Positions 40,201 through 49,736 of a DNA stretch of 64,000 nucleotides are shown here, piece after piece. The DNA is from Tubulanus polymorphus (taxonomy: Eukaryota; Animalia; Nemertea), in assembly GCF_964204645.1 (NCBI RefSeq), contig NC_134027.1, forward strand, positions 21,724,560 to 21,788,559. The letters run 5' to 3'. The position numbers and the translations under genes were made by a program. The notes under the pieces were generated by a model. The model searched no databases. It saw only the letters and a list, made by a program, of their open reading frames with translations, and had not been told where the DNA came from. Within the stretch, counting starts at the first letter, position 1, and each line of letters begins with the position of its first letter.

Positions 40201-43200
40201 TGCACGCCATCTAGCGGGATAGCTGGTGGCACGAAGTCCTCATTAACCCACTTTAATACTGTAACCTATGAGGCACTGCTCGTGCTGATTCAAAACAATA
40301 GGGTGCTGCAAACATGAAACAGCTGCTTCTTTCCTATCATTCATAAAGGCAGCAAATTTGATAATGACAAATTATTGCACATATATAACCCATTGATCTA
40401 GTGAGAAGTTATAACATTTACTTCATGACAGCTGACGTATTGTGGGTGATGCCTATCACTAGTCTTATAATCATATCCAAAGTGACCCTTGACCCCTAGT
40501 TACATGAAAAATCCCCAAATACACAAACCTCCATGCCACATTTCACCTATATGTATATATATATCACTACATTCTCCATTTTTCCACAAAGCGCCAATAT
40601 TTTCATCGTAAGTATTTTTCTTGTTTATGCTTTTTTTCAAAAGCACGTTGTACCGCGTAGCAGCTCGTCGTTCTCTGTACTAGGTGGTTGGCTCACGACT
40701 TCTCATGCTTCTGTGAATGAGACCGTGAAATGGCCCCAAAACGCATCTCCCGCGATTGAATTCTCAAAATTCCCCCTTGTATATTTCACTCAGTACGTCT
40801 CGACTGTATCAACATGATAAAGAGTTTTATTGAATCGAATTGTCAATAGCAAGCCAGGAAGATATGAAACTGATCAGTCGAGTCAAACACCACCACACCA
40901 GCCCCCCCCCCCCCCGCACATGAGCAGCTGAATAATCCGGAGGCAAACAGTGCAGCTGATGATCGCTGCTAGTACACCAATTTTAGTGTATATATCATAT
41001 CAAAAATTTATGACGACTAGTCTTTATGAATTTTTGATTATGCACAGCTCTTCGTCAATAGTGTACTACATGCCGCGTACGTAGTCTTGGTGTCTTGAAT
41101 CTGGGAATAGATTACCAGGTGTTGATATTCATGGAATTATCCAATCTGGGAATAGATTACCAGGTGTTGATATTCATGGAATTATCCAATAACTCACTTT
41201 TCATCAATTCATTTCAGTAACTGCATTTCCAATGGATATACCGGGCCATTGGCAACGCACCGGATATTCGGCGTGTTTGTCATGGCGGCATTCCCGAATG
41301 TTATTTATAGCTCATGTCCGCGCTCCGATTGACAGCTAGGTCAGTTATTAAAATGAAGAACAAACAACAATACCGACTTCAAAGCTTCTTTCCAGTTCCG
41401 AAAATACGCATCTAACGAACACGAATATCTGCTTTCACATTTTAAAAAAACTGCCACACAAAACTAGCTTTTTTCCTTTAAAAAAATCAAAAACCCTGTC
41501 AAAGGCTTTTTCTAATTACTTAAGAGTACTGATTTTTTTTCAAGAAAAAAATGGAAGGGCAAAGGGAAATAAAGGACCACGGGTCCAGTAGAATCAACGG
41601 AGTACATTTTACCAGTCAAATTTCCGAATATTAAGCAAAACCAAGCGAGTCACCACTTCCGGAGCCAGGTCGCAATTCGCACCCAAAAATTATACCCGAG
41701 CTAAAATTTGGCTCGGCCCAAGCGGGCAGGTCCATTCAGCTGATAGGTTATCGCGTCTATATTCATTATCTACGTTGTGTAAAGTTTTATGCCGTATATA
41801 TACCTAATAAGAGAAATGTATTTTTGCTATTAACCTATATATGACAGTACTCACAAGTAGTAAATTATCACGTAATGCACATTGTAATATGTATTTGGTG
41901 TTAATTAATAACATCAAATTTTAAAAAAACTGACATGATTTAGTACGTATATACAGATATATGTATATACACGTATTTACATGCACTATCTAAATACACT
42001 ACCAACAAAATACTACCAACCAGTATAGGCCAAGTTGTTCTAATAACGTGACTGGTAGAATTGCAGGAGCAATCCAAGAACATTTGATTTGAGTGTTACA
42101 ACAAAATCACTGCCATTCCATCAGAATGACATAAGAAAAAATCACCCAAAAAAATTCCACGCGACACCATTGTATTGCATGAAATTCAGAGTACGCCAAT
42201 AGGGGTTATGGAATTTCTTTAAAAATAAGATAATAAGGGTTATTATGAGAAGAACAAGATTTTCAAGACGAAGGCCCGGTTGCTCAAGTATGCAAATGAA
42301 TTCTTGCTTCGTTTTCATATACCAGGGAGAGTCATGCGTGTGACCAGTGCGTTACCCAATTACAGGCAAAGCCCCCATAGCGCCTGCCCTGGAAAATAAC
42401 CCACTTATATAAAGATCGATAAGTAACAATGATTTTGTGGTTTCCACAGACCAACTGCTTCCACAGTTTTTGCTAATAGCATACTATCAAAGCAACAAAC
42501 AACCGCAATAATCTCGTTATCGGCGTGATACCTGGCAAGGCTTTAAAAACGTAACTAATATAAGTATGTATGCTCCAGTAACATAATAAGCTCTCCTTAT
42601 CAAATACGAATGATATAGGCTATGGTGGTTTTGAAAAGGAATGCCATTAATTTTCTTCGGAATCTATAGACCAGTATTCTCTGGCCACCGTATAGTTCCA
42701 ATGTCTCCCGAACTAGACATTGTTTTTAGTAAGTAGTCAGAGGCTTCTGTCCGTAGCTTCTAGATGTTTCGCACGCTGATGCGTAGCTAGCTACCTGCGT
42801 GAACTTGACGCAACAGTTATTAGGGTTATTTCGTTAGTTGATAATAATTACGTGGACTCCAATAAACCCAACGGAACAACATCAGGCATCTGTGATGAAC
42901 TTGTGAGATCAGTACAGCCATAGTGGCTCACTAAGTAGAGCAATTGACTAACATGTCAGTAGATCGGGAGTTCGACATTTCTGGAGTGGTTTCCACCAGC
43001 AGAGCGGAGGGGGCTCAGTGTTGGTGGTCCGGGTTATCCACCATCAAAGATCCTCTACATTACATAACACAGTTATAGATTCTAAAATGCCCCTTGGCTG
43101 ATTCATCAGCAATAAAATTGATTATTTTGAAGTTCTGGGCTAATGAATGAACTGTTTCCACAGGAATTTCGCTAGTCTATCATCACACGATTGAAAAGTA

Positions 43201-46101
43201 AGGTATTGCCAGGTAGTGCATGTTACACTGCAGATGTTTTTCCAGATGTTTTGCAGTATAAAAATAATACATCACTGAAAGAACATTATAGTGTAGTAAC
43301 TTTCACTAACAGGGAAAATTCAGGGGTGCCTTCCAATTGCAGTAGAGATAACTCGTCGCTTATCCGTTGGGACCTATGTCTTAGTCTTGTTGATGGATAA
43401 TTGAGGATGGCCAGTTACTGAACATCATTTTAAATGATGAAGAACTTCTGGAGTTTTGCGATTGGGGTTTCAAAATTTGGACAGAAAACCGAGGGTGTCG
43501 GAAAAGACTCCGATGGTGGATGATCGTTTAAGCTCTCCGGCAAAAAGGAACCAAAAACTGCCTCTAAGAAAAAATCTGCCTAAAAAAATACCCTATATTC
43601 ATTCTATATTCCTCTATAGCCGCGATCACACAAGCATTTTTGCCCCGGGCCAAATTTTCACACGGGTGCCAAATGGGCCCGAGTCTGTTTGGCCCGACCA
43701 AAAACGTCGGACCAGGCCCGAGCTTATTTTAGCACCAGGCAAATGATTGCGTTTGAATTGCAACTGGCACCGTAAATGATCCACTTCGCTTTGTTTAAGC
43801 ATTGTTTAGTATCGAGTGAGTGGTTAGCGTGTGAACGCGCTCTCTAATTAGGCATGGGCCAAACACGGAGCCTGATCCGTGCCAATTTGGCCTGGGCCAA
43901 ATCTTCTCCGTGATCGCGGCTTATAACTGACGCAAATGTACTTCTTCGCCTGATCGTGACGATTGAATTTTCCCACTAATTTATACGCCCGATTGCGAAT
44001 GGGCTCACATCGCGATTGAAATATTACGACAGTTTTCCCTGCTTTAATGCAAATCAAATGAGTTGTTTTGATAAAGCGAGTCTTCCGATAAAAAATAACG
44101 CATCTAACCGGCTTAATACATAGACTGGTGGCTGCTGAGAGGCAATCTGTCCGCCCAAGAAATCTTGGGCGGTGTAACGGACTGATGAAGAGTTTGTGGC
44201 CATGGTTTGTGTAAGGGTGAGCTTCCGCACGAGGCATTTAAACCCTGGCAAGCGAGGATGACTGGTTTATAGAATTCGATCGCTGGCATAAATTATAAGC
44301 CACAAATATCAAACATGTTTGATACGAGCAATCTACCGGGCTAATGAGTAGGCCGGCAAAAACAAACATGGCAGCCCCGGATGAGGCAGAAATATGTGAA
44401 AGTGAAAATCGGTGAATTTTGTGAAATAAGTTAAAAACCCTGGGAAAATGTAGTCAAGAAACAATAGAAACTTTTAAGGGGCTAAAAACATCCTGTTGCT
44501 TCATATAGGCCTATGTAGCTAACAGGAAGCATTTCAATTTCAAAATCAACTCTTGAGTCATGTATTTCTGATTCTATAGTAAGCCATACCAGCTTGCCAA
44601 TGCCCAGTTGGTACTGAATGCAATTTTCGAATTGAAGGCCTAATTCTTTTTAGTTGAAATAGGCCTAGGGATCTGCCACCTAGAATACTGCCAAAAATAG
44701 TCCTTCACAATGATTTTATGTGGGAAATAGTTAGAATAAATAAATTTTTAATAAATAAATTTTCATAGAATTGGAACTAAAGTGGAGTTTTGTTTACCAC
44801 GAAAGTACCCACACAAATGTCAGGTCTTAGGAGTAGTATTCAAGCAGACAATTTTCACAACTTCTAGCATGGGTTGAAAATTTTGCTTCTCTTCCGACAA
44901 TTTGGCCTTAGGCCTATATCAACTTGCATATTTTGAACGAAAATGGATGAAAAAGTGTAACCAAGAGAATCTATTGAAATCGATGCTCAAATGTTCTTAT
45001 AGCCAGCATCTGGCTGATACTTAATCAATTGGAACCCCCTTATTAAATATGGGCCTGGCACACATGCTACCACGAGTTATCGAGTTACCACTGGTAATTT
45101 ACAAGTTTAACACGTTCACTGCCGCTGACGAGATAAATCATCATGGTGGATGCACCGCAGTTTGCCATGACGAATCAATGTCATTTTATAGCATTATGAA
45201 TGACCTGGCAGAGGCAAGAAACTAGCTAACAATTGTCTGGCAGTATTGAGAGACTAAAGCCGGGCGTAGGTCGACCTTGCGACGCGATCATCGCGTTGCG
45301 TCACAAGTGGAAGCGTAAGTCGGTTGCGATGCGATTGTCAGTGACTGTGTGCGACTAGTTGCTCCCAGTCGCAAGAGCGCGAAGGTCGGTTGCGACGGTC
45401 GCGTCGCATCGCAGAAAGTAGAACATGTGCGACTCATTGCAACTAGTCGCAGTGAGTCGCAAGTTGCGCTGGCAGTCGCAAGGTAGCGTAGGTCGGTCGG
45501 TCGTTGTGATCATCGCTGGCGGTCGCAGCGAGTCGCAAGGCCGACCTACGCACGGCTTTAGATATTATTTATGGGGGTAACTCAAGTCTGGTGCACACTT
45601 GAAATTTTTTCCAAAAAATCTTCAGAAAGCAATGAATTTTTAGCTTCTTTTCCGGCCAATATTTAGAGAGAATATAACGACTAAAATCATTCTACATTAT
45701 TTTTTACAATAAAACCTTTAAATTCTCTTAGATTTTTCACACTTTTCACTGGCAATGGGGACAAGAAAAAATTGAGAATCTCTTCACCATTGCCAGTGAT
45801 GAGTTATCTCGTCATGTGGTTTTTTATACTAAAATAGATCAGTGTATTGATTTATCAATGTACAAATAGTGCTGGCAGCATAGGCCTATAAATTGTATAA
45901 TGTCAAAAAATAGCGTTGGCTATGGCAGCGAACGACTTAGAAGAAAATGGCCTACGCGAAAACAATCAAGGTAGAACTTAAACGAAAATATCAAATAAAT
46001 TAGATGCTTTACATACCCGGCCGATTATCCATCGTAGAGATGCTCAACACAAGACATAACAACACGCATCCGATAACATAATTCACACGAGTCTTTCCCA
46101 T
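1130..46101 (-). CDS. HEXB: Beta-hexosaminidase (GH20, HEXA/HEXB-like), spliced gene span, 3'-partial. Exons 46101-46017, 32366-32328, 26051-25563, 22071-21959, 17879-17769, 14297-14196, 2722-2617, 1334-1130
   Basis: All introns are GT-AG with compatible phases, giving 1250 coding nt in frame. Conserved GH20 motifs occur in order: [69 protein letters not shown] (catalytic D-E). HEXA vs HEXB orthology cannot be resolved, so the symbol is approximate. Confidence 0.93.
1396..1686. mobile_element. MITE family B (TIR AGCCGCGATCACAC; probably PIF/Harbinger-like), representative copy
   Basis: TIRs agccgcgatcacac...gtgtgatcgcggct. Related full or partial copies at about 5241-5516, 6632-6870, 8020-8255, 9780-10070, 17400-17575, 21126-21760, 24390-24706, 27565-27695, 31474-31605, 33268-33529, 35260-35450, 41610-41720, 43618-43921, 51215-51420, 56496-56789. 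A 3-bp TSD is seen at 9780 (ATA) and 43618 (TAT). Confidence 0.85.
2025..2321. mobile_element. piggyBac-like MITE family A, representative copy
   Basis: TTAA|CCCTTTCAGTGC...GCACTGAAAGGG|TTAA. TTAA TSD plus CCC ends is the piggyBac signature. Other copies at 3549-3838, 10452-10733, 20103-20396, 32492-32776 (diverged), 39475-39754, 52515-52810, 59245-59498. Confidence 0.9.
2617..2722 (-). CDS. HEXB: HEX exon
   Basis: CTTGCAG| [35 protein letters not shown]+G |GTAAGT. Confidence 0.96.
2846..3092. mobile_element. Nested short palindromic MITEs (GGGCCAGTT...AACTGGCCC, CAG TSD; Harbinger-like family D)
   Basis: Inner element 2885-3022 (gggccagttgcatagtc...gactatgcaactggccc) sits inside an outer ccagttttatagac...aaaactggg element. 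Relatives at about 8623-8745, 13341-13455, 13638-13815, 15765-15845, 46910-47173, 49800-49925, 55127-55240. Confidence 0.75.
4076..4408. mobile_element. MITE family E (TIR CAGGGGCGGATC)
   Basis: caggggcggatctag...ctagatccgcccctg with a near-identical 5-bp flank (cggtg/cagtg). Relatives at about 22168-22849, 49923-50160, 57761-58072. Confidence 0.8.
6390..7757 (+). CDS. CD225/dispanin family membrane protein (IFITM/PRRT1-like), 124 aa, exons 6390-6423 and 7417-7757, nested antisense in a HEX intron
   Basis: [11 protein letters not shown]+G|GTAAGG joins in phase 1 to TTTTCCCAACAG|GT GAC. The protein has a P/Q-rich N-terminus, the CD225 signature [28 protein letters not shown], the A...S..A linker and a C-terminal TM helix. 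A likely 5'UTR intron has donor AAG|GTACGC at 6176 and acceptor TTTTAG ending at 6351. Confidence 0.9.
6884..7345. repeat. Minisatellite, 28-bp unit (aacactttcattgacctatttcagttga), ~16 degenerate copies
   Basis: Units start at 6911, 6939 and 6967. It lies in the coding intron of the dispanin gene. Confidence 0.92.
14196..14297 (-). CDS. HEXB: HEX exon
   Basis: TTTTTCTAG| [34 protein letters not shown] |GTGAGT, 102 nt. Confidence 0.96.
15607..16182. mobile_element. piggyBac-like non-autonomous element (second family)
   Basis: TTGA|CCCATTAGCACTCA...TGAGTGCTAATGGG|TTAA. It contains a family-D MITE remnant. Confidence 0.7.
16186..16410 (+). mobile_element. Truncated copy of the Helentron-type element found at 37261-38521
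   Basis: gggctatt...gtccgtagatggaatccagttattttgggaagttttg...taccctagacacatcttcagc matches the reverse complement of 38300-38500. Confidence 0.75.
16671..17395. mobile_element. Non-autonomous TIR element (Harbinger-like)
   Basis: TIRs aaggctggcttatgtcgacaagc...gcttatcgacataaagcaagcctt. A partial copy is at 23843-23930. Confidence 0.7.
17769..17879 (-). CDS. HEXB: HEX exon
   Basis: TAG| [37 protein letters not shown] |GTAAAT, 111 nt, phase 0-0. Confidence 0.95.
21321..21688. mobile_element. MITE family C (TIR CAGGGATGA; hAT-like) inserted in a family B MITE
   Basis: cagggatgaaaa...ttttcatccctg. A near-identical copy is at ~11170-11539. A related-end element at 60657-61231 has a perfect 5-bp TSD (agtat). 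Confidence 0.8.
21959..22071 (-). CDS. HEXB: HEX exon
   Basis: TTTTACAG| (Y)[37 protein letters not shown] |GTAAGT. Confidence 0.95.
24126..24294. mobile_element. Penelope-like element end: inverted pseudo-LTR pair with minimal hammerhead motif
   Basis: 65-bp inverted arms (24126-24190 / 24230-24294). CTGAAGA-T-GACTAT...ATAGTC-GAAA-TGTTG-AATAAA at 24219-24259. Confidence 0.65.
25563..26051 (-). CDS. HEXB: HEX exon: N-terminal extension and GH20 domain 2
   Basis: Acceptor ATATTTCAG, donor T|GTGAGT. Encodes ...[10 protein letters not shown]...[11 protein letters not shown]...[12 protein letters not shown]. Confidence 0.92.
32328..32366 (-). CDS. HEXB: HEX 39-nt symmetric microexon
   Basis: Acceptor TTTTTTTTCAG, donor CAG|GTAAGA, phase 1-1, encodes (D)[12 protein letters not shown] with no stop. 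Confidence 0.6.
34754..34837. repeat. (TA)n microsatellite
   Basis: About 40 TA units. Confidence 0.98.
36056..36630 (-). mobile_element. Decayed non-LTR retrotransposon reverse transcriptase fragment (CR1/L2-group like)
   Basis: Frameshifted pieces [45 protein letters not shown] (cf. GVPQGSVLGPLLF...INDL) and [10 protein letters not shown]. Confidence 0.85.
37175..37261. repeat. (TAA)n microsatellite, probable displaced SINE tail
   Basis: About 28 TAA units. The array resumes at 38521-38543 on the far side of the Helentron-type insertion. Confidence 0.9.
37261..38521 (-). mobile_element. Non-autonomous Helentron/Helitron-associated element (HINE/DINE-1/pearl-like) with 4 x 154-bp internal tandem repeats
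   Basis: Terminal palindrome agcccgctgggactaaagtcccaagtgggct (38491-38521), (GGAC)n at 38451-38475, tandem units at 37333/37487/37641/37795, and the other end reads ...CTAGTT on the minus strand. No TSD. Confidence 0.8.
38522..38750 (-). mobile_element. SINE 3' part (CORE-like centre, L2-like tail)
   Basis: Minus strand reads caagacactt...ctctccatccaggagtaaatcggtacc...aagcgctatataagacacat(att)n. Relatives at about 54860-55020, 55245-55340 and 62640-62900. Confidence 0.65.
45107..45940. mobile_element. piggyBac-like non-autonomous element with nested Harbinger-like MITE (45255-45560)
   Basis: TTAA|CACGTTCACTGCC...GGCAGCGAACGAC|TTAG. The inner element is taaagccgggcgtaggtcgacc...ggccgacctacgcacggcttta. 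Confidence 0.6.
46017..46101 (-). CDS. HEXB: HEX coding exon 1 (signal peptide/anchor)
   Basis: ATG at 46101 (acaATGG) translates [28 protein letters not shown]+G, then donor G|GTATGT in phase 1, matching the phase of the downstream exons. Confidence 0.75.
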
Positions 46102-47666
46102 TGTGCCGTAGACTGGAATTGAAACCGGGCTTACTGTTCTCCAAATCTATCAATCCACGTAAATATGACGTCGTCGACAAACGTCCTGAAAAGTTTACGG
46201 AAATCTGTTAATCAAGACTCGCGCATCTGTAATGAATACAGACCTACACAGTCGATACAACTTTCAACAACTGGTTAGGCTATATCAGCATGCTGAAACA
46301 GCTGTCAGCTTGAAAAAGCAATTTTTTGGTGAAGTCCCGATTGATTGTAATTTTGAAACTGATTGATGTTTTCGCTCAATCACCTAACGATCTTGCAGTA
46401 TTTTGCCAGAAACTTATTAAAAAATTGAATTTGTCTACGGAATGACTGTTCTCATTTGTATTTTTCTTTAGTGTTATATTTGAATGTATATCTCTATGCA
46501 TAGATAGTTCTAATTAGTTACTGTGTTATTTTCTGTTTGTTCATTTAAACAAGTAGGCCTATGTTCTGGAATTTGTAATTTTTTACACCGTGTTAAACAT
46601 CTGTAAATTTTGTGTTGTCCCTCTAATACCTGTAATGGGTTTAAGTGTAAATGAAGTAAATAAATACATTGGGCTGCTAGGCTGAAAGCCTGGCGTATAC
46701 GGGCAGCTTTCGAGGAGTTCTCTAGCAACAGCCCAATTTGCTTGATGTCGGACAAAAAACTTTGCTCGTCTGCAGTAACAGGAGATTTTTCGAAAGGATT
46801 GGCTTCGAGCCGCATGATACAGATCTGTTCCCCGGGAAAGAAAATCACCTCTCCGTCCCCTGACTCCAAAAATGATCTGAAATACGGTCTGGATCAGCCC
46901 AGTATCCGAGGGCGCCGGTTCCATAGACATGGCTTAGACTTAAGACCGGTGTAAGACAAACTTAGTCAGTAACCTGTCTGTGGTTTAGTTTCACGATCGG
47001 ATATTTTCACAAACCACATTAGCATAAGCCCATCCGATTATAAAAAGCTTACCACCAACGATTAGGTAACTAACTAAGACAATCTTAGTTCTTCAGCCAA
47101 TCTAACAACTTAAGACCAGTCTTGAAGTTTAAGACCACTTTCGGTATTAAGTCACGACTATGGAACCAGCCCCTGGACAGCAGGCTTATGCTCTCTGATG
47201 AAGCGTTTGGCGACTATTAAGGCCAACCACCAGCCATCGACCTAATCGAAATAAACTGTTGAAGCCTACAGGGCCTTGTCCTATTAGGCTATGATAAGTT
47301 TTCTTTCGATTCTGTATAAATATAACCTCTAAAATAGCTTTTTGGGGATAGGCTAATTATAACTGAAAAAGATTTTATTTTCATTGCTTACCATCAATTA
47401 TGCAACAACTCTATTCGCTGACTGCGTTGTTGAAGACTGCCGCATCCATGACTAATTAATCACTTGACGTAAATCCAAATATCATTTGTTTAGATCACGA
47501 CGATCCTAATCCAAGAACGAATTATCGCCGTAGGAATCCAGTGTTCGCAATCACTTTTCTCACAAGTTCATAGACAAGAGATTCAATGAACCCTATGCCT
47601 AAGGATTCTGCCTGGTAAATTTTGAAGATTTTTTTACAATGATTGTAGTATGAATGATTAATCAAC

Positions 47667-48212
47667 TAATGTCTATTTATTAATTGATGAGACCTGTTTT
47701 TCTTGGATATTTTGCTTACTTTTTGGGGTACATACCTCATTTATGTCTTAACAGAATGCCAAAAATCGCGGACAGCAACTGAATATCCGATATATTTCCA
47801 GTTCTGTACCAATTAGATGGATTGGCAAAAAGACTCCTTAAGTCCAGTTGAATGAGAGAGAAAATCCTCCATTTTGTGAAATTTCTTGAATTTTTACATT
47901 GTCACCATGCCTACGAAATGAAGTTATTTTTCTTGTGGGGTCTCAACAACTAAATCAGGGTGGCGTAGGCATGGTAACAATGTTCAAATCAAAGAAATTT
48001 GACAAAATGGAGGATTTTCTCTCTCATTCAACTGGACTTAAGGAGTCTTTTTGCCAATCCATCTAATCGGTACAGAACTGGAATAATATCGGATATTCAG
48101 TTGTTGTCCGCGATTTTTGGCATTCTGTTAAGACATAAATGAGGTATGTGCCCCAAAAAGTAAGCAAAATATCCCAGAAAAACAGGTCTCATCAATTAAT
48201 AAATAGACATTA
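47667..48212. mobile_element. Long foldback element (~248-bp inverted arms, ~48-bp spacer), TA-bounded
   Basis: Left arm 47667-47915 is the near-perfect reverse complement of 47964-48212. Confidence 0.9.
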
Positions 48213-49391
48213 CCTAGGCCTGGGGCCTAGATACACAAGGTCAAGAGGCTAACTGGCTATTATGATAACCTGTAGCGAGTTTAGGCCCTATACTATATAT
48301 ACACAATTTAAGACTAGGGGCCATATATTTCAGAACCCGTTCACCAGTTCTTGTCCACAATCACCTGATCACGGACCCTCAAACGACCGGCACAAAAAAG
48401 ATGAAGATAAAATCCGGGCGACAAAAGTACTGTATTACACTGCAGGCCTATCCAAACTTGACCCTAACTATCCGATAGTGCACTCATATCCTCCATATAA
48501 GCTGTACACAGGTACATGCTCAATAGTAAAACGGTATCCTCTTCAGCATCATTGAACACTCACAGCTTCTCAGTTTCATTGCACTTCGACCTAGGAAACT
48601 TACTACAACCAATACAAATTACAATTCAAACAACAATAAAACGTTTATTTTTTAGGGCCTGTGACGTCATTATGCAAAGGGAAAATATAAAACGTGAAAA
48701 AACGTATTTCTAAATTTTAGGGAAAGTGGACCAAAGATAAGGGGTAAAGCAGTTCTGCTCTGGTAGGCTGATCCCTTGCAAAATTGTATAAAAAGGAGAC
48801 AAATCGTAAACGGGGCAAACTGTTACAGCCTGCGCCATCTCGTAGTGCAATACCTCGTATATTATATTATTTATTGCGACTCATCCGCCATCTATGAAAA
48901 AGACACAAAAGTAAACGGGAGAAATGAAGCTGTAATAAAATAGTTGAGACATTAGTATATTTCAAACTCTAAATAACGCTTTAAATAGTACTACAGTGTT
49001 TTTGAATTATAAATAAATGCACTCTTTGAATTGAAATGTGTATGATTTGGTAAGTAGGGTTCGAACCCTGCGTGAAGGGGATACCTGGTCGCCGGTTCGA
49101 AGCTAATTCTATGCCACCTGCAGATTAGAATCGACCGTTTTGAAAATAGAGCACCGCCAAAATATTTCTTTTCTTTTACACCTGTATTAGCTTTATCATC
49201 ATCGGATGTTCACACTCATTTTTTTCAAAAATATAAATAAATTAATCTTGAAAAATGGAATCCTGTGGTGGGCACGAACTAACCATAACCTCGTGTTCTC
49301 CACATGACTGTCAAATCCAATGTCAATGTTGTTGTCGTGCGTGCACCACTAGTTTTGAGAGTGTTGCATCACATTTCACCAGCCTCCGACG

Positions 49392-49736
49392 ATGGAAGCC
49401 GGTGTTATACGGTTCCACTGGGTGGACTATCTTATGTTCGCTTTAATGTTATCAGTCAGCGCTGCTATCGGATTATACTACGGAATTGCCGGCCGAAAAA
49501 ACAATTCGACGAAAGACTTTCTGCTCGGCGGCAGGAACATGCAGATATTTCCGGTGACGCTGTCTATTTTGGCTAGTTTTATGTCGGCCGTATCGGTCCT
49601 AGGTACCCCGGCTGAAGTGTATTCGTTCGGAACTATGTATATGATGTTGTGCTTGAGTTATTTTATAGTATTCCCAGTCGCAGCTCACGTTTACATGCCG
49701 ATATTCCACAACTTACAACTCACAAGTGCTCACCAG
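49392..49736 (+). CDS. SLC5A8: SLC5 coding exon 1
   Basis: MEAGVIRFHWVDY...LTSAHQ |GTAAAT. Confidence 0.93.

Noticed and set aside
42317-42395. U1 snRNA-like start (ataccaggg...) or extra HEX exon
   Set aside because: It lacks the ACTTACCTG and Sm-site architecture, and the phase-1 reading has a stop codon.
44140-44200. Perfect hairpin ccgcccaaga-aa-tcttgggcgg followed by CTGATGA, as a hammerhead
   Set aside because: There is no stem II/GAAA box and stem I does not pair correctly.
44590-44613. Possible second 24-nt phase 1-1 HEX microexon (VPTGHWQA)
   Set aside because: The polypyrimidine tract is weak, so a chance match is likely without RNA evidence.
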